Origin: Epithemia pelagica
Lineage: Eukaryota; Protista; Bacillariophyta
Direction of reading: 5' to 3'
Assembly: GCA_946965045.2 (NCBI GenBank)
Contig: OX337228.1
Location: 3,720,001 to 3,784,000, forward strand
DNA length: 64,000 bases
Shown here in pieces: positions 52,179-62,095 of the stretch. Numbering within the stretch: the stretch's first letter is position 1; each line of letters opens with the position of its first letter. The notes beneath the pieces are model-generated. The model searched no databases. It saw only the letters and a program-made list of their open reading frames with translations, and was not told where the DNA came from. A program made the translations under genes and the position numbers.

Positions 52179-54002
52179 TTAAATAATTGTAGTTATGATT
52201 GATTGAAGGATCGTATGTGCCGCTGTGGCTCCAGAAAATGACGCGGAATGTAATGATGACTCTTTATCTCTGTCGTTGAAATGCGTCTCCTCCTCATCAC
52301 TACCTGTAATATATGTTTTTTGTAATATTCGTGATAAGGCGTGCGGCCATAATCCGAGTGGTATTGAACAAGATGATACAACAGATTCCTCGTTCTTACT
52401 GCAGTTGGCTGCATGAATCGTTGTTCTTGACAGCAAGCCCTGTGCACGCTGCAACAAGACATTTCGCGTGGTTAGGGAAATCATTCGTTGTTTATGAACC
52501 GAGGCTAACCACCCAGAACCATTGAATTCCGTCAAGGACGTTTGATATTGCATTGCTACGTTACAGAACTCGTTGAGTAGCTGGCCCAGACGGAAGAGAT
52601 CATCATTGATACCGCTTCTTGCTTGGTTGGATACACCGATATTTTCACCAACCGAACAAACAATACTCACGGATTCAAGCTCGTGTAACAAGGGCAGCGT
52701 ATGAATCAACTGCCGTACTCCAGATTCGCCCAAACGAGCCGTACTAACACGTAGGTCCCTCAATCTGTCCGCTTTGGATTCCAGCGCCTGAAGAAGGCTA
52801 GCGACAAATGAGCTTGGTAATCCACAACGATCAATTTCAAGCGACTCCAAAGATCGATTGGTTTCAAGCGCTTGAATGAAGTCGTTCCTTATCATGGATC
52901 GACCGTTGTTTATGATATCAATGGCACTTTCATCGTCCACCAAAAAGAGAAATGGACTATCACGTAAGCTCAGATGTTTCAGTGCTTGAGAACGTTGCAA
53001 TGCCTCAGCCAACAAAGGTAGAATATCAGAGGGAGGGGATCGATTCCGGTGCAAACCTAGCGATAGAATCGAACTCTCTCGTCTGCCCACATGTCGGACC
53101 AAATCAGCCACACCTGTGTCATCGTCCAGGCTGCAGTAGCGAAGTAGCAAATGTTCTATTCGACCTCTTCCTTCAAGAGAACACTGAGAAGCAGGTGGGG
53201 TGGAGAGCGAAGTTTCCGGTATTTTTGTCATGGCGTTACACAGTTCCCGTGATCCGAGGGGCCCTAGAATGCTCTGATACATTTCCAATGTGTTTGTCAG
53301 TGGACTCTTGGCAAAGAACTCTGCTAGAAGGGCACCATCTGCTGAGCCTGACAAATCAACATTTTGAAGCGTCAGTTTGTGCAAGGCAACGGGCTCGTCC
53401 AGTGAAAACGGGAATTGCTTCAAAAATGGTCGGACCGTACAAGAATAGGCGGTCGGAAAGCTGGCATATTGTTTATCGTTGTTCTCTGTGTTGTCAGGGC
53501 TCTTCTCTTCCTTCAGTACTTCAACTCCTGTGAAGCATATTGAATATAAATGACACGTTTCTGCTTTGTTCAAGAACTTCATCAATGGAACAATAACATC
53601 CATGCGCTCCAGAAGACACGATTTAAAGGTAAGAGTATGAACTGGTTGTCGTCGTTGCTGTTGTTGTTCGGAAGCCAAAAATCGAACTATGGCACTCATG
53701 TCGGTTTGAGCTAGGCGTGTTCGGGAAATCACCAATTCTTGCATGGTTCGACAAGCAGCCGCAGAGGACAAAATGGAGCTGATACGCCGACTCACTTTGT
53801 CGCAAGACAATGGCGATAATGATGACGATGACGTCGTTCTGCTTCTGCCGTTGGTGGCCCTGCAAGAGTTACCATTGTAGTTGTCTCGTTGCAGTCTCAA
53901 CACACGATTGGTTTCCCGAAATTGATAACTCATAATGAATTCGCGTCTCGGGAAAATCGAGGGACATTGGCTTCCATTTTGTTGGTACTGATGCCTACTC
54001 AT
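52179..54002 (-). CDS. RNI-like leucine-rich-repeat protein
   Basis: Repeated LxxLxL units (LHKLTLQNVDL, IEHLLLRYCSL, LKHLSLRDS, LESLEIDRCGL) and a C-terminal LWPHAL motif. Likely ATG at 54002. Confidence 0.8.
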   Translation of the reverse strand: MSRHQYQQNGSQCPSIFPRREFIMSYQFRETNRVLRLQRDNYNGNSCRATNGRSRTTSSSSLSPLSCDKVSRRISSILSSAAACRTMQELVISRTRLAQTDMSAIVRFLASEQQQQRRQPVHTLTFKSCLLERMDVIVPLMKFLNKAETCHLYSICFTGVEVLKEEKSPDNTENNDKQYASFPTAYSCTVRPFLKQFPFSLDEPVALHKLTLQNVDLSGSADGALLAEFFAKSPLTNTLEMYQSILGPLGSRELCNAMTKIPETSLSTPPASQCSLEGRGRIEHLLLRYCSLDDDTGVADLVRHVGRRESSILSLGLHRNRSPPSDILPLLAEALQRSQALKHLSLRDSPFLFLVDDESAIDIINNGRSMIRNDFIQALETNRSLESLEIDRCGLPSSFVASLLQALESKADRLRDLRVSTARLGESGVRQLIHTLPLLHELESVSIVCSVGENIGVSNQARSGINDDLFRLGQLLNEFCNVAMQYQTSLTEFNGSGWLASVHKQRMISLTTRNVLLQRAQGLLSRTTIHAANCSKNEESVVSSCSIPLGLWPHALSRILQKTYITGSDEEETHFNDRDKESSLHSASFSGATAAHTILQSIITTII

Positions 54003-54145
54003 TGATCTCTTTTCTTTCCTTGTCTCTATTGTCCTCGTATCTTCGTGATGTTCGAGCAATCTGAAATAATACTGCGTGTACAATCAATATAATTGTTGAA
54101 ACCTGTAACGAACCGTGCTGTAAAGGCAACAATTCCTATAACAAA

Positions 54146-57100
54146 TTACGTATTCTCCTTAGAATGAGCACTGTTGTTCGTTTCGTTGCTCTCCTGTCCA
54201 CGTCGTTTTACCTCTGTCCATTCGTCATCATTTGCAGATGGATCTTCGCCTTGCTCAGTCGCTGTTTTCGTTTGTTCTGCGACTCCTCGCGGGACTTCCT
54301 TCAACACACTCCTGCGCGACGAATGGTATTCACTATGAGGAGCGATATTCATAATGAGGTCCCGCAGTTGATAGAACAAGCGACCCTGCAGCGGCTTGGT
54401 AAAAAAATCTGCAATCATTTGTTCAGTTGGGCAAAATTCAATTCGCAACTCTTTCTTGTTGATTCGATCGGTAACAAAGAAATAGCGGACATCAATATGT
54501 TTGGTTCTTTTCGAGCTTGAGAGACGCCCATTTTTGGCTAGGAGGATGCTGCTTTGGTTGTCCTGGTGGAGTATAACATCCTTTACAGCAATTCCCTGCG
54601 CTTCCATGAAATTGCGGGTCCATAACAGTGATGGCATCACATCATGGATCCCTATCAGTTCACATTCGGTGGAGCTTCGTGCCACCAGTTTTTGTTTTGC
54701 CGAAAAGCCGATGACAGCTCCTTTACCGAGAGTCATGAACCCACCGGTATGACCCTTTGTGTTGGGATGGACTGCGTATGACGCGTCCACCCACCATTTC
54801 ACGATCCACTCGGGTTTTCCTTCAAGACGCAAGACAAGGTTCATTGTGGTTTGTAGATATTTCAGAACGCGGCCCAGTTTCCTCCGATCATCTTCGTCTG
54901 GTTTAGAGACTCGCGTGGAAAGGAAGGAGATTGCTGTTCGGATGTCCGGCCTCCCACGGTGAGCCAAGTATGCCAATTGCATAGTGATACTATGAAACCG
55001 ATCCGCATCATTCTCGCTCAGTTTTGTTGCATGCTCATTGACATGGTACAGATGATTCGCTGCTGGTGTTTGTGCTCTGCCTTTGAATGATGAAGGCATG
55101 CCGTCAAGGATGGTCTTGATATACGGGCGCATGTCTACTTGCAATACTCCATCCTCTGAATAATCGAGGAACATGCCCAGGTAGTCGTGTCGCTTGCCTC
55201 GCGACACTGAGATATCACCCAAACTCCCAAACTCTGCCTGTAGGTCCGCCACAAATGCTTCCACGACTTTCTGATCAACATGTGAGATCTTGAGGTCGTC
55301 GATGTGCCATGTTACTGTGCATTGTTTGCCATTGATAACCTTGTTGGCAACGCATGAATCATATGGGTTGATAGTGTACCCCCAACTTTTTAGAACGCCG
55401 CTCAATTTGATCCAAAACAATCGGGCAGCTCGTAGTGTCCCGTAGAGTGCCTTGAGCATCTCTACGTAGATTACTGGTTTGTTGTGTTCATACACTAGGT
55501 ATTTTGTGTACATATCTGGGTCGACTTCCAACAGCAATTCTGCCATGAGACCCTCAACCCTCATGTGCACATTGGGGTCCATATCCGAGTGCATGAACGC
55601 ACCCGGAATGTCCGCTACGATTACATGTCTTCGTTCCACTGCATCCACAACCGCTGTGATGAAAACAGCCTCGGTGGCCACGGTTGGCGATGCGGCGTCT
55701 TCTTTGTCGATGAAATCACGTTGCTTTCTCCCATCGGCGCACCCGCGCCCCTTGATTTTCCCACAACGTTTTCGTTTTAGAAACATCAAATAATTCAGTG
55801 CTTTTTTGATTTGTTCCCATGAGAGGTCCGTCTTGTGTACCCCTCGCAGAACGCCGCGCTCGTGAAGCTGCCTAATCTCTTTTTTAACTGCTTCGCGCCC
55901 CTTGTCACCAAATAGTTTGATGCCCATACGCATTGACATTTGGGGTGTGGCCAAGTTTGTTTCGGCCTCAATGAGATATAGAACTCCGCGCAGCAAATAT
56001 CCATCGTACCGTCCTGCTGGTAGTGTATCGACTGATGCAAAGGTGTGCCCATACCTATGTGCATAGCTTCGCTCTCTATTCGGCCGCAGATCGTATCGAT
56101 TTTCGTTGGTTGTTGTTGTTGTTGTTGTTGTTGTCGATGAGCTTGCTTTGTCACTGGCATCAGGACCAAACACGATCTCCATTTCCTCATCGTCATTCTC
56201 GTGTCCGGTTGCATTTGATGCGTCATTCCGGTCCTCCTCTGTTCCCATATCCACCTCGTCCAACATACCCCCGTCCGCTGCGACATGCTCTTCAACATAA
56301 TCAGCATCGTCCTCGTCATCCTCCTCCACATCAACTCCATCGACGCCATCTTCGTTTATAACCACTCCTTGGTTTTCCACTCCTTGGTTTTCCACTCCTT
56401 GATTTATCGGTGGGACAAGGATATCCATGAGTTGGTTTTCGTTTTGATTCAGTCCTAATTCGTAAAGAGGACCTGGTGGATTGTTCATATCATAGTGATC
56501 TGTGTCGTCCAATGGACCGTGGTTTGGGTCATCATCAGCATCCAATTCGCCATCCACATATGCGTCGTCATAGCGGAGGACATCATCGTCCTCGTCAGGG
56601 GGCTCATCATACACGCTTCCTTCGTCGTCGTATAATGGATTGTCCTCTTCCATTGCCAGAATGCGATTGTCCCGATTACCAAATGCCAGTCCTGGCTGCA
56701 TTTGTTGTGCAGCCGCTAACTGAGCGACACGCTGAATGACTTCATTTGGCATAGGGAGGCGTGTTGCGTGGTTTCGCGTGATGATTCTTCCGCTCTCCAG
56801 ACTCATAAAGTAGTAGCTACCTTGACGGTTGCCGGTCGGCCGCAAGGCCAGGGCACCAATTGTCCGTGCTTCCATATTGTTGGAGTGCTGTTCATGACAT
56901 TGAACATACTCCCCAAACTCGAATCGACAATGGCGGTGATAGTCCACGGTTTCTCCGGTGACAAGTTCTCTTGGACTTCTTGTGGTTGACAGCTGATTGT
57001 TCTGGTTGGGAAGTCCATTCAGCCAGAACGTCGCAAATTTCGCCAGTTCAATCAACATGACCTTTGGCAGGGCTTCGAATGGTAGAGTGGTATAGACACT

Positions 57101-57784
57101 CCGAATTCGTTCCTTGATCGTGCGAATGTGGCGCTCTATCTCACCGACATGCTCGTCTCGAGCTGTTGTATTAAGTTTTATTCCGAGCTCCCCTGTTCCC
57201 GCTTCCATGCTGTCACTCGCAAAGGCACCGTCAGCTAGGAGAAACCGAGGGCGCAGACCGCCTCGTCGAAATACAGCGATGGTCTTCTTGATGGACCGAA
57301 GTAGGGTTCCTTCTTCTTTGTCTGCGATTGCATCCATGGTGGAGAATCGAAATACGCGAGATGTCGTGGCGAGAAAGGACACATCATTGATATGCATTAC
57401 GTCCATGGCAATGGTGACGTCTTTATGTTTTTCTTGAATGGGTGGTGGTATTGTGTCCGTTGTGTCCACCTTGGGTGGTCGTCTCCTGGTGGTCTTCCCT
57501 TTTAGGGAACCGAGGTCTTGTCCATAGATATGTTCTGCCCGCCTCACATCATCACTTGTATAAGGGGCGTTGGGTAAGAGCTTATGATTCAGAATATAGA
57601 TAAGGTCTCTAGTTGACGGTCGGCCAATTTTGGCTTGTAGTGCTCGTACCTCTCTAGCTCTACGAATCTCAGATTCAGTATAAAGCGCTTCGTTGTTATT
57701 AACCGTGGTTAAGAAGCTACCATGTATCGAAGAGAGATTCATATAGAAGAGGCCTTCAGGACTTTGCACAAACTTGTGCTTCAA
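54146..57784 (-). CDS. Element C pol (integrase, RT, RNase H), ending inside the 3' LTR
   Basis: Motifs MDVMHIN, LADGAF, EHVGEIERHIRTIKER, VADIPGAF, WHIDDLK, WVDASYA and MIADFFTKPLQG. Confidence 0.93.
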   Translation of the reverse strand: MKHKFVQSPEGLFYMNLSSIHGSFLTTVNNNEALYTESEIRRAREVRALQAKIGRPSTRDLIYILNHKLLPNAPYTSDDVRRAEHIYGQDLGSLKGKTTRRRPPKVDTTDTIPPPIQEKHKDVTIAMDVMHINDVSFLATTSRVFRFSTMDAIADKEEGTLLRSIKKTIAVFRRGGLRPRFLLADGAFASDSMEAGTGELGIKLNTTARDEHVGEIERHIRTIKERIRSVYTTLPFEALPKVMLIELAKFATFWLNGLPNQNNQLSTTRSPRELVTGETVDYHRHCRFEFGEYVQCHEQHSNNMEARTIGALALRPTGNRQGSYYFMSLESGRIITRNHATRLPMPNEVIQRVAQLAAAQQMQPGLAFGNRDNRILAMEEDNPLYDDEGSVYDEPPDEDDDVLRYDDAYVDGELDADDDPNHGPLDDTDHYDMNNPPGPLYELGLNQNENQLMDILVPPINQGVENQGVENQGVVINEDGVDGVDVEEDDEDDADYVEEHVAADGGMLDEVDMGTEEDRNDASNATGHENDDEEMEIVFGPDASDKASSSTTTTTTTTTNENRYDLRPNRERSYAHRYGHTFASVDTLPAGRYDGYLLRGVLYLIEAETNLATPQMSMRMGIKLFGDKGREAVKKEIRQLHERGVLRGVHKTDLSWEQIKKALNYLMFLKRKRCGKIKGRGCADGRKQRDFIDKEDAASPTVATEAVFITAVVDAVERRHVIVADIPGAFMHSDMDPNVHMRVEGLMAELLLEVDPDMYTKYLVYEHNKPVIYVEMLKALYGTLRAARLFWIKLSGVLKSWGYTINPYDSCVANKVINGKQCTVTWHIDDLKISHVDQKVVEAFVADLQAEFGSLGDISVSRGKRHDYLGMFLDYSEDGVLQVDMRPYIKTILDGMPSSFKGRAQTPAANHLYHVNEHATKLSENDADRFHSITMQLAYLAHRGRPDIRTAISFLSTRVSKPDEDDRRKLGRVLKYLQTTMNLVLRLEGKPEWIVKWWVDASYAVHPNTKGHTGGFMTLGKGAVIGFSAKQKLVARSSTECELIGIHDVMPSLLWTRNFMEAQGIAVKDVILHQDNQSSILLAKNGRLSSSKRTKHIDVRYFFVTDRINKKELRIEFCPTEQMIADFFTKPLQGRLFYQLRDLIMNIAPHSEYHSSRRSVLKEVPRGVAEQTKTATEQGEDPSANDDEWTEVKRRGQESNETNNSAHSKENT

Positions 57785-59316
57785 GCGCCCGTGGCTGGGT
57801 CAAGTAGTTGAAATTGATTGCCTTCATGGCTGTCGTAGGTAATGCGGTATCTGTTTTGAGCGGTGTGGAAAGATAAAATATTGGCAGGCCCTTTTGGGTC
57901 ATACCATACCAAGCCATATCCTGGCAATATTGCTTGTTGGTTCAGGATTCGTTCTCCGGCATGGCTGCTGATGGTGATTGGTGTCGTTGCTTGATGGATG
58001 TTGTGTAGAATGCTTGCATTGTGGATGATGTCCACTGTCGATTGATTGTCGAGCAGGATCCAGTCAGGGGATATGTTAGACTGTAAGGCAGAAAAAGAGC
58101 AATGTTGAGAAGATGCGTTTTGGTTCAACATGGATTGGTGGTAAACTGTACCGTTTGAGTTGTCTCTGTTTCTATTGGTGGAGTCGGTTCCCTGAGCTGA
58201 CTGTCGCCCATTTTGTGATTGACTCTGACCAGTAGTGGTCATTGTGGATCCTGTTAACGTGGATGCATCGTCGCCTGGCGTACTGGCGTTCTCGCGCGTG
58301 TGATAGGCCACACCTGTGGCGTTGTTCTCGTTGCTTTGTGTCTGGTGGCGACTATGCGTCTGCATTCTGTTGTCTATGATGGCACGCGCATCGGCCAGTG
58401 TCTTTGGGTAACAGTTGCGTTTGTCCATGTCCAAGTAGGCGTTTTGTAGATGCGATTCATATTCGCGAGCGCCACATGTTCTGATGAAACGGATGGCCAG
58501 ACACCTCTGTTGAGCTTCTTCTTCGTCAACCGTTGTTGCTGACCCAGCACGACCATTGTCAGCCGCTACTTGCTCCAGTAGATCCTTGTCGTATAGCACC
58601 ACGTCCAGTTCCTCCAGGACTTGCGCTTTTGCGCGAAACAACTCGTAATAGTTGTGCAAACTTTGGTTTTTACCCCTGCGCATCGTGTAGAACTCTTCCT
58701 TGAGCTTGTCACGACCGACGAGAGGATAAATGCGCCCGGAATCGTAGGTAAAAGTAGTTTGTTTGATCAATTTTAACAACGCTATCCCGTCGCGCTTCTT
58801 CCGAATGTCATCATATTGCGTCTTCGCCTGTAGTTTGTCTTTCATCAACTGGGTACACTGCCCCAGGATGAGACTAAACATGGCGGCGCGGAAATTCTGA
58901 TACTCCATCACCTGCTCTGCTCGCATTTTATACTTCATCTTCCACTCTTCTACGGCAAGGGTGTCTTTGTCATCTTTCGGCATTTCTACCTGGTCGGGTT
59001 CATTCAGTGACAATTCCTCCACTGACTGCTGGAACTCCAGATTATATCGGTTGAATGTTGAGCCAATGTAACCAACCAGATACTCCACATTGCGCAAATA
59101 CCGCTTGGACTGCGGGTCTTCGGAGTAGTCGAAGATGCAGTCTTTTAATGTAGGTTCTTGTCCTTGAAACTTGTTTGAGTTTCCTTGTTGTCCTCTGCCT
59201 CCACGTCCTCGACCACGACCACCACGTCCTTGTCCGCTTCTTCCTCCGCGTCCGGTCATGCCGCCGCTTAAGGACTCAGCTTGATCGGGCCGTGGTCCTT
59301 GCGGGGGTGTACTCAT
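57781..59316 (-). CDS. Element C gag plus protease, separated from pol by a 1-bp frameshift near 57787
   Basis: Aligns with element A gag; protease motif WILLDNQSTVDII. In element A the junction reads ATGRLKHKF in a single frame. Confidence 0.88.
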   Translation of the reverse strand: MSTPPQGPRPDQAESLSGGMTGRGGRSGQGRGGRGRGRGGRGQQGNSNKFQGQEPTLKDCIFDYSEDPQSKRYLRNVEYLVGYIGSTFNRYNLEFQQSVEELSLNEPDQVEMPKDDKDTLAVEEWKMKYKMRAEQVMEYQNFRAAMFSLILGQCTQLMKDKLQAKTQYDDIRKKRDGIALLKLIKQTTFTYDSGRIYPLVGRDKLKEEFYTMRRGKNQSLHNYYELFRAKAQVLEELDVVLYDKDLLEQVAADNGRAGSATTVDEEEAQQRCLAIRFIRTCGAREYESHLQNAYLDMDKRNCYPKTLADARAIIDNRMQTHSRHQTQSNENNATGVAYHTRENASTPGDDASTLTGSTMTTTGQSQSQNGRQSAQGTDSTNRNRDNSNGTVYHQSMLNQNASSQHCSFSALQSNISPDWILLDNQSTVDIIHNASILHNIHQATTPITISSHAGERILNQQAILPGYGLVWYDPKGPANILSFHTAQNRYRITYDSHEGNQFQLLDPATGA

Positions 59317-59980
59317 GGTGTTCTTGACGCGGTGCTAGGTTTTGTCGTTGTCTACGGTGTTGCTCTTGGTCGTGGGTGAAAGGGTTGTATACCTGGATGG
59401 TGTATACAGTTCTTCGACCGTTTGCCTTTCCTCGCGACAACACTATTCCTTTTAGATGAGACCGTTTTTGCACTCGAGCCAACTTGAGGGGATTCAGAAC
59501 CCAGACAGCACTGCCGATAGCCAGGACCGGTGGAATGGATGATGCGTTGGCTGGCAAAACGGGGATATTGTAAATAATCTCCACTCGTCCGTTCTCGTCT
59601 CGTACCACTTCTTCGGCGTCGAGAAAACCGGATGCGTCCCGCGACGACTCCTCGTCTCCACTGGTGTTGTCCGGCACGACGGCGGCTGCCGCTGCAGTTC
59701 GATTCTCCTCGGTTTGTACGTCCACAATCAACGCGCGACGTCTTGTCTGAAAATCGGATACGATCCGTTCTCGTGATGCTGTCAGCACCGTGTTATCGTG
59801 TTCGACCTCCGCCTGATGTTGTTGTTCCAACTCGGCTCGGTGTTCACGAAAGGTCGCCTCGCGCAACTGCACGTTGTGCTGGTGCCGACGATGCACCTCT
59901 TCAAGGCGTTCTTGTTCTTCAATGGAAAGGGCGGTGAGTTGGTTCAACAACGTAGTCAAACGACTGGGATTCTCCGACAT
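59276..59980 (-). CDS. Element C extra ORF1 (234 aa), homolog of 13800-14483
   Basis: Shared N-terminal LL.[EQ]L..L.IE[EQ] coiled coil and C-terminal IG..VWVLN.LKL...HL.G.V domain. Confidence 0.75.
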   Translation of the reverse strand: MSENPSRLTTLLNQLTALSIEEQERLEEVHRRHQHNVQLREATFREHRAELEQQHQAEVEHDNTVLTASRERIVSDFQTRRRALIVDVQTEENRTAAAAAVVPDNTSGDEESSRDASGFLDAEEVVRDENGRVEIIYNIPVLPANASSIPPVLAIGSAVWVLNPLKLARVQKRSHLKGIVLSRGKANGRRTVYTIQVYNPFTHDQEQHRRQRQNLAPRQEHHEYTPARTTARSS

Positions 59981-60402
59981 GCAGTGTACTTCACCTCAAA
60001 ATGAGAATCAAGAGGTAGTTAGTTTTCTAAGGAGAATATGTTGAAACCTGTAACGAACCGTGCTGTAAAGGCAACAATTCCTATAACAAATTACGTATTC
60101 TCCTTAGAATGAGCACTGTTGTTCGTTTCGTTGCTCTCCTGTCCACGTCGTTTTACCTCTGTCCATTCGTCATCATTTGCAGATGGATCTTCGCCTTGCT
60201 CAGTCGCTGTTTTCGTTTGTTCTGCGACTCCTCGCGGGACTTCCTTCAACAATAATCAATAATAAAGAAAAAAAGATTCCATTTCTAGTCGCGGATATAT
60301 TTCTTGCCGTCGCTCCAGGCGCCCTGCTCTATTCTCATCGCGGTCGCAACTTTTCGTCCACGATGGCGAAGGTTGGTGTTTTGACCGACGGAGCGTTTGA
60401 CA

Positions 60403-61887
60403 ATGATCTTCAGTGTGATCTGTCTCTTGCTGAATCATCGGACGGTCGCCTTCTTCCTAACGTCATCTCGATCGTTTTCCGAGCTCTATCAGCAGCGGCA
60501 TCTCCAAGTAAATTGTGAAAATGGCATCTCAGAAACTCATCAAACTGAAGAACATCCCAGTCCTGTTGCCAAAGACTTTTTGTTGAAGCGCCAAATTCGT
60601 GTACGCCCACCATTATGTGACAATTCTGGAATGCTACCACTTTTGATGTATCGAGGGGCAAGACCTGAAGCTATTGTACAGACGAACGTCTCAGTTCCTG
60701 TTTCCATGTCCTTGTCCTCATTCCTTCTGCCACATGAGAAAGAAGAAGGTGATTCGCCTTGTGTAAAGAAACTGGAAAAAGATCTTGGTGTCTCGTTATC
60801 GAAGTCCTCTGTAACGATGTTATCGCAATGGAACCAACTTTCTATCATAGATCGACAACGACTGGACCAAAAAATCATGGCGGAAAGGCGTGCATCCCAG
60901 CCTTTGGATCCATCTCAGTCTTTGAACCTTCTGTATGTAGACAGCGACATGTGTGTAGCGTACAAGCCGTCGGGTATTCTCAGTGTACCTGGACCTCGTC
61001 GCAATCCTTCCTTGCTAAACCTGGTGCACGACCTCATGGCACCTTCTCCTCAAGTGAAGGACGGTAACGAGAAGGTGGCTACTGAGAGTTCAACAAATGC
61101 ATCCTTTCTTGGTCAGGATCAAATGGTAGTACACCGACTCGATATGGATACCTCTGGCTTGATTGTGTATGCACTAAACCACATCGCTCTATCGAAACTC
61201 CATGAGGACTTTCGAAGCCGCAATATCAAAAAGACTTATGAGGCATTGTTGGTGGGACATGTACATGTCGCGGAAATGGAAATTGACTTAGATTTGGAGC
61301 GAGATCCAGACAATCTACCATTCATGAGGATTGCACAGCCAAAAATAGGACTCTCCGACAAGATACAATCAGGCGGTCAAACGTCCGATGGATGCACCAC
61401 TTCTACTCTAAAGTCATTTGCAAAAAAGTTCACAAATCAAGCACCAAAACCAAGTAAAACGTTTCTTACCGTGTTAGCATGGGACTACCTGGAGACCCAA
61501 ACTTCCTCCAAAAATGTTTCTGATCGAGATCAAGACATCAATGTGCCAACCACAACAGGACTGCCTGTAACCAGGGTTCGACTTATTCCACATACAGGAC
61601 GGACACATCAACTACGTGTCCATTGTTCCGCTGTGGGGTATCCAATTGTTGGTGACGATATTTATGGCCTTGGAGGACGTACTAGTACTTCCCCGCCGCT
61701 AGATCCTGTGAATGGCAACGACAAGAGCTATTCAAAAGATCCTTCGGCTCCAAATCGTGACATTACCAAATATCATGAGATTCACGAATCTCTTAATATT
61801 CCGTTGTGTCTGCATGCTAAGCAGTTGTGTCTGTTCCATCCTCGAACGGGTGCTCCCCTTTTGTTAGAATGTGAAGCACCATTTTGA
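60403..61887 (+). CDS. RluA-family RNA pseudouridine synthase, probably plastid-targeted
   Basis: Motifs AYKPSGILSVPG, VVHRLDMDTSGL, PHTGRTHQLRVH, GYPIVGDDIYG and LCLHAKQL. Signal-like N-terminus MIFSVICLLLNHRTVAF. Confidence 0.9.
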   Translation: MIFSVICLLLNHRTVAFFLTSSRSFSELYQQRHLQVNCENGISETHQTEEHPSPVAKDFLLKRQIRVRPPLCDNSGMLPLLMYRGARPEAIVQTNVSVPVSMSLSSFLLPHEKEEGDSPCVKKLEKDLGVSLSKSSVTMLSQWNQLSIIDRQRLDQKIMAERRASQPLDPSQSLNLLYVDSDMCVAYKPSGILSVPGPRRNPSLLNLVHDLMAPSPQVKDGNEKVATESSTNASFLGQDQMVVHRLDMDTSGLIVYALNHIALSKLHEDFRSRNIKKTYEALLVGHVHVAEMEIDLDLERDPDNLPFMRIAQPKIGLSDKIQSGGQTSDGCTTSTLKSFAKKFTNQAPKPSKTFLTVLAWDYLETQTSSKNVSDRDQDINVPTTTGLPVTRVRLIPHTGRTHQLRVHCSAVGYPIVGDDIYGLGGRTSTSPPLDPVNGNDKSYSKDPSAPNRDITKYHEIHESLNIPLCLHAKQLCLFHPRTGAPLLLECEAPF

Positions 61888-62095
61888 GGGATTTTTGTTT
61901 TTGCTATGCCGCCAAGCGGATCCTAAAAGTAGTTTGGGTCACGGAAACGCTTTTGCACGACTGGAGCGCATGACCAAGACCGAGCCAAAGTCGAAATTCG
62001 AAGCGCGTTCACAACAAGGAAGACGAACGAAGGTCGTAGTTTGTCCTTCTCACAATTACCACGTGCAAAAGAAGTAAAAGAGATTCTCCACAGAT

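Larger units (their letters stand above)
54094..60251 (-). mobile_element. Ty1/Copia (CoDi-type) LTR retrotransposon C (6158 bp), related to element A
   Basis: Identical 213-bp LTRs (54094-54306 and 60039-60251) with a 5-bp TSD ATAAT (54089-54093, 60252-60256). Contains ORF1, gag and pol. Confidence 0.97.

Noticed and set aside
56106-56135. (GTT)n microsatellite
   Set aside because: It simply encodes a poly-Thr run in the low-complexity linker of element C pol.
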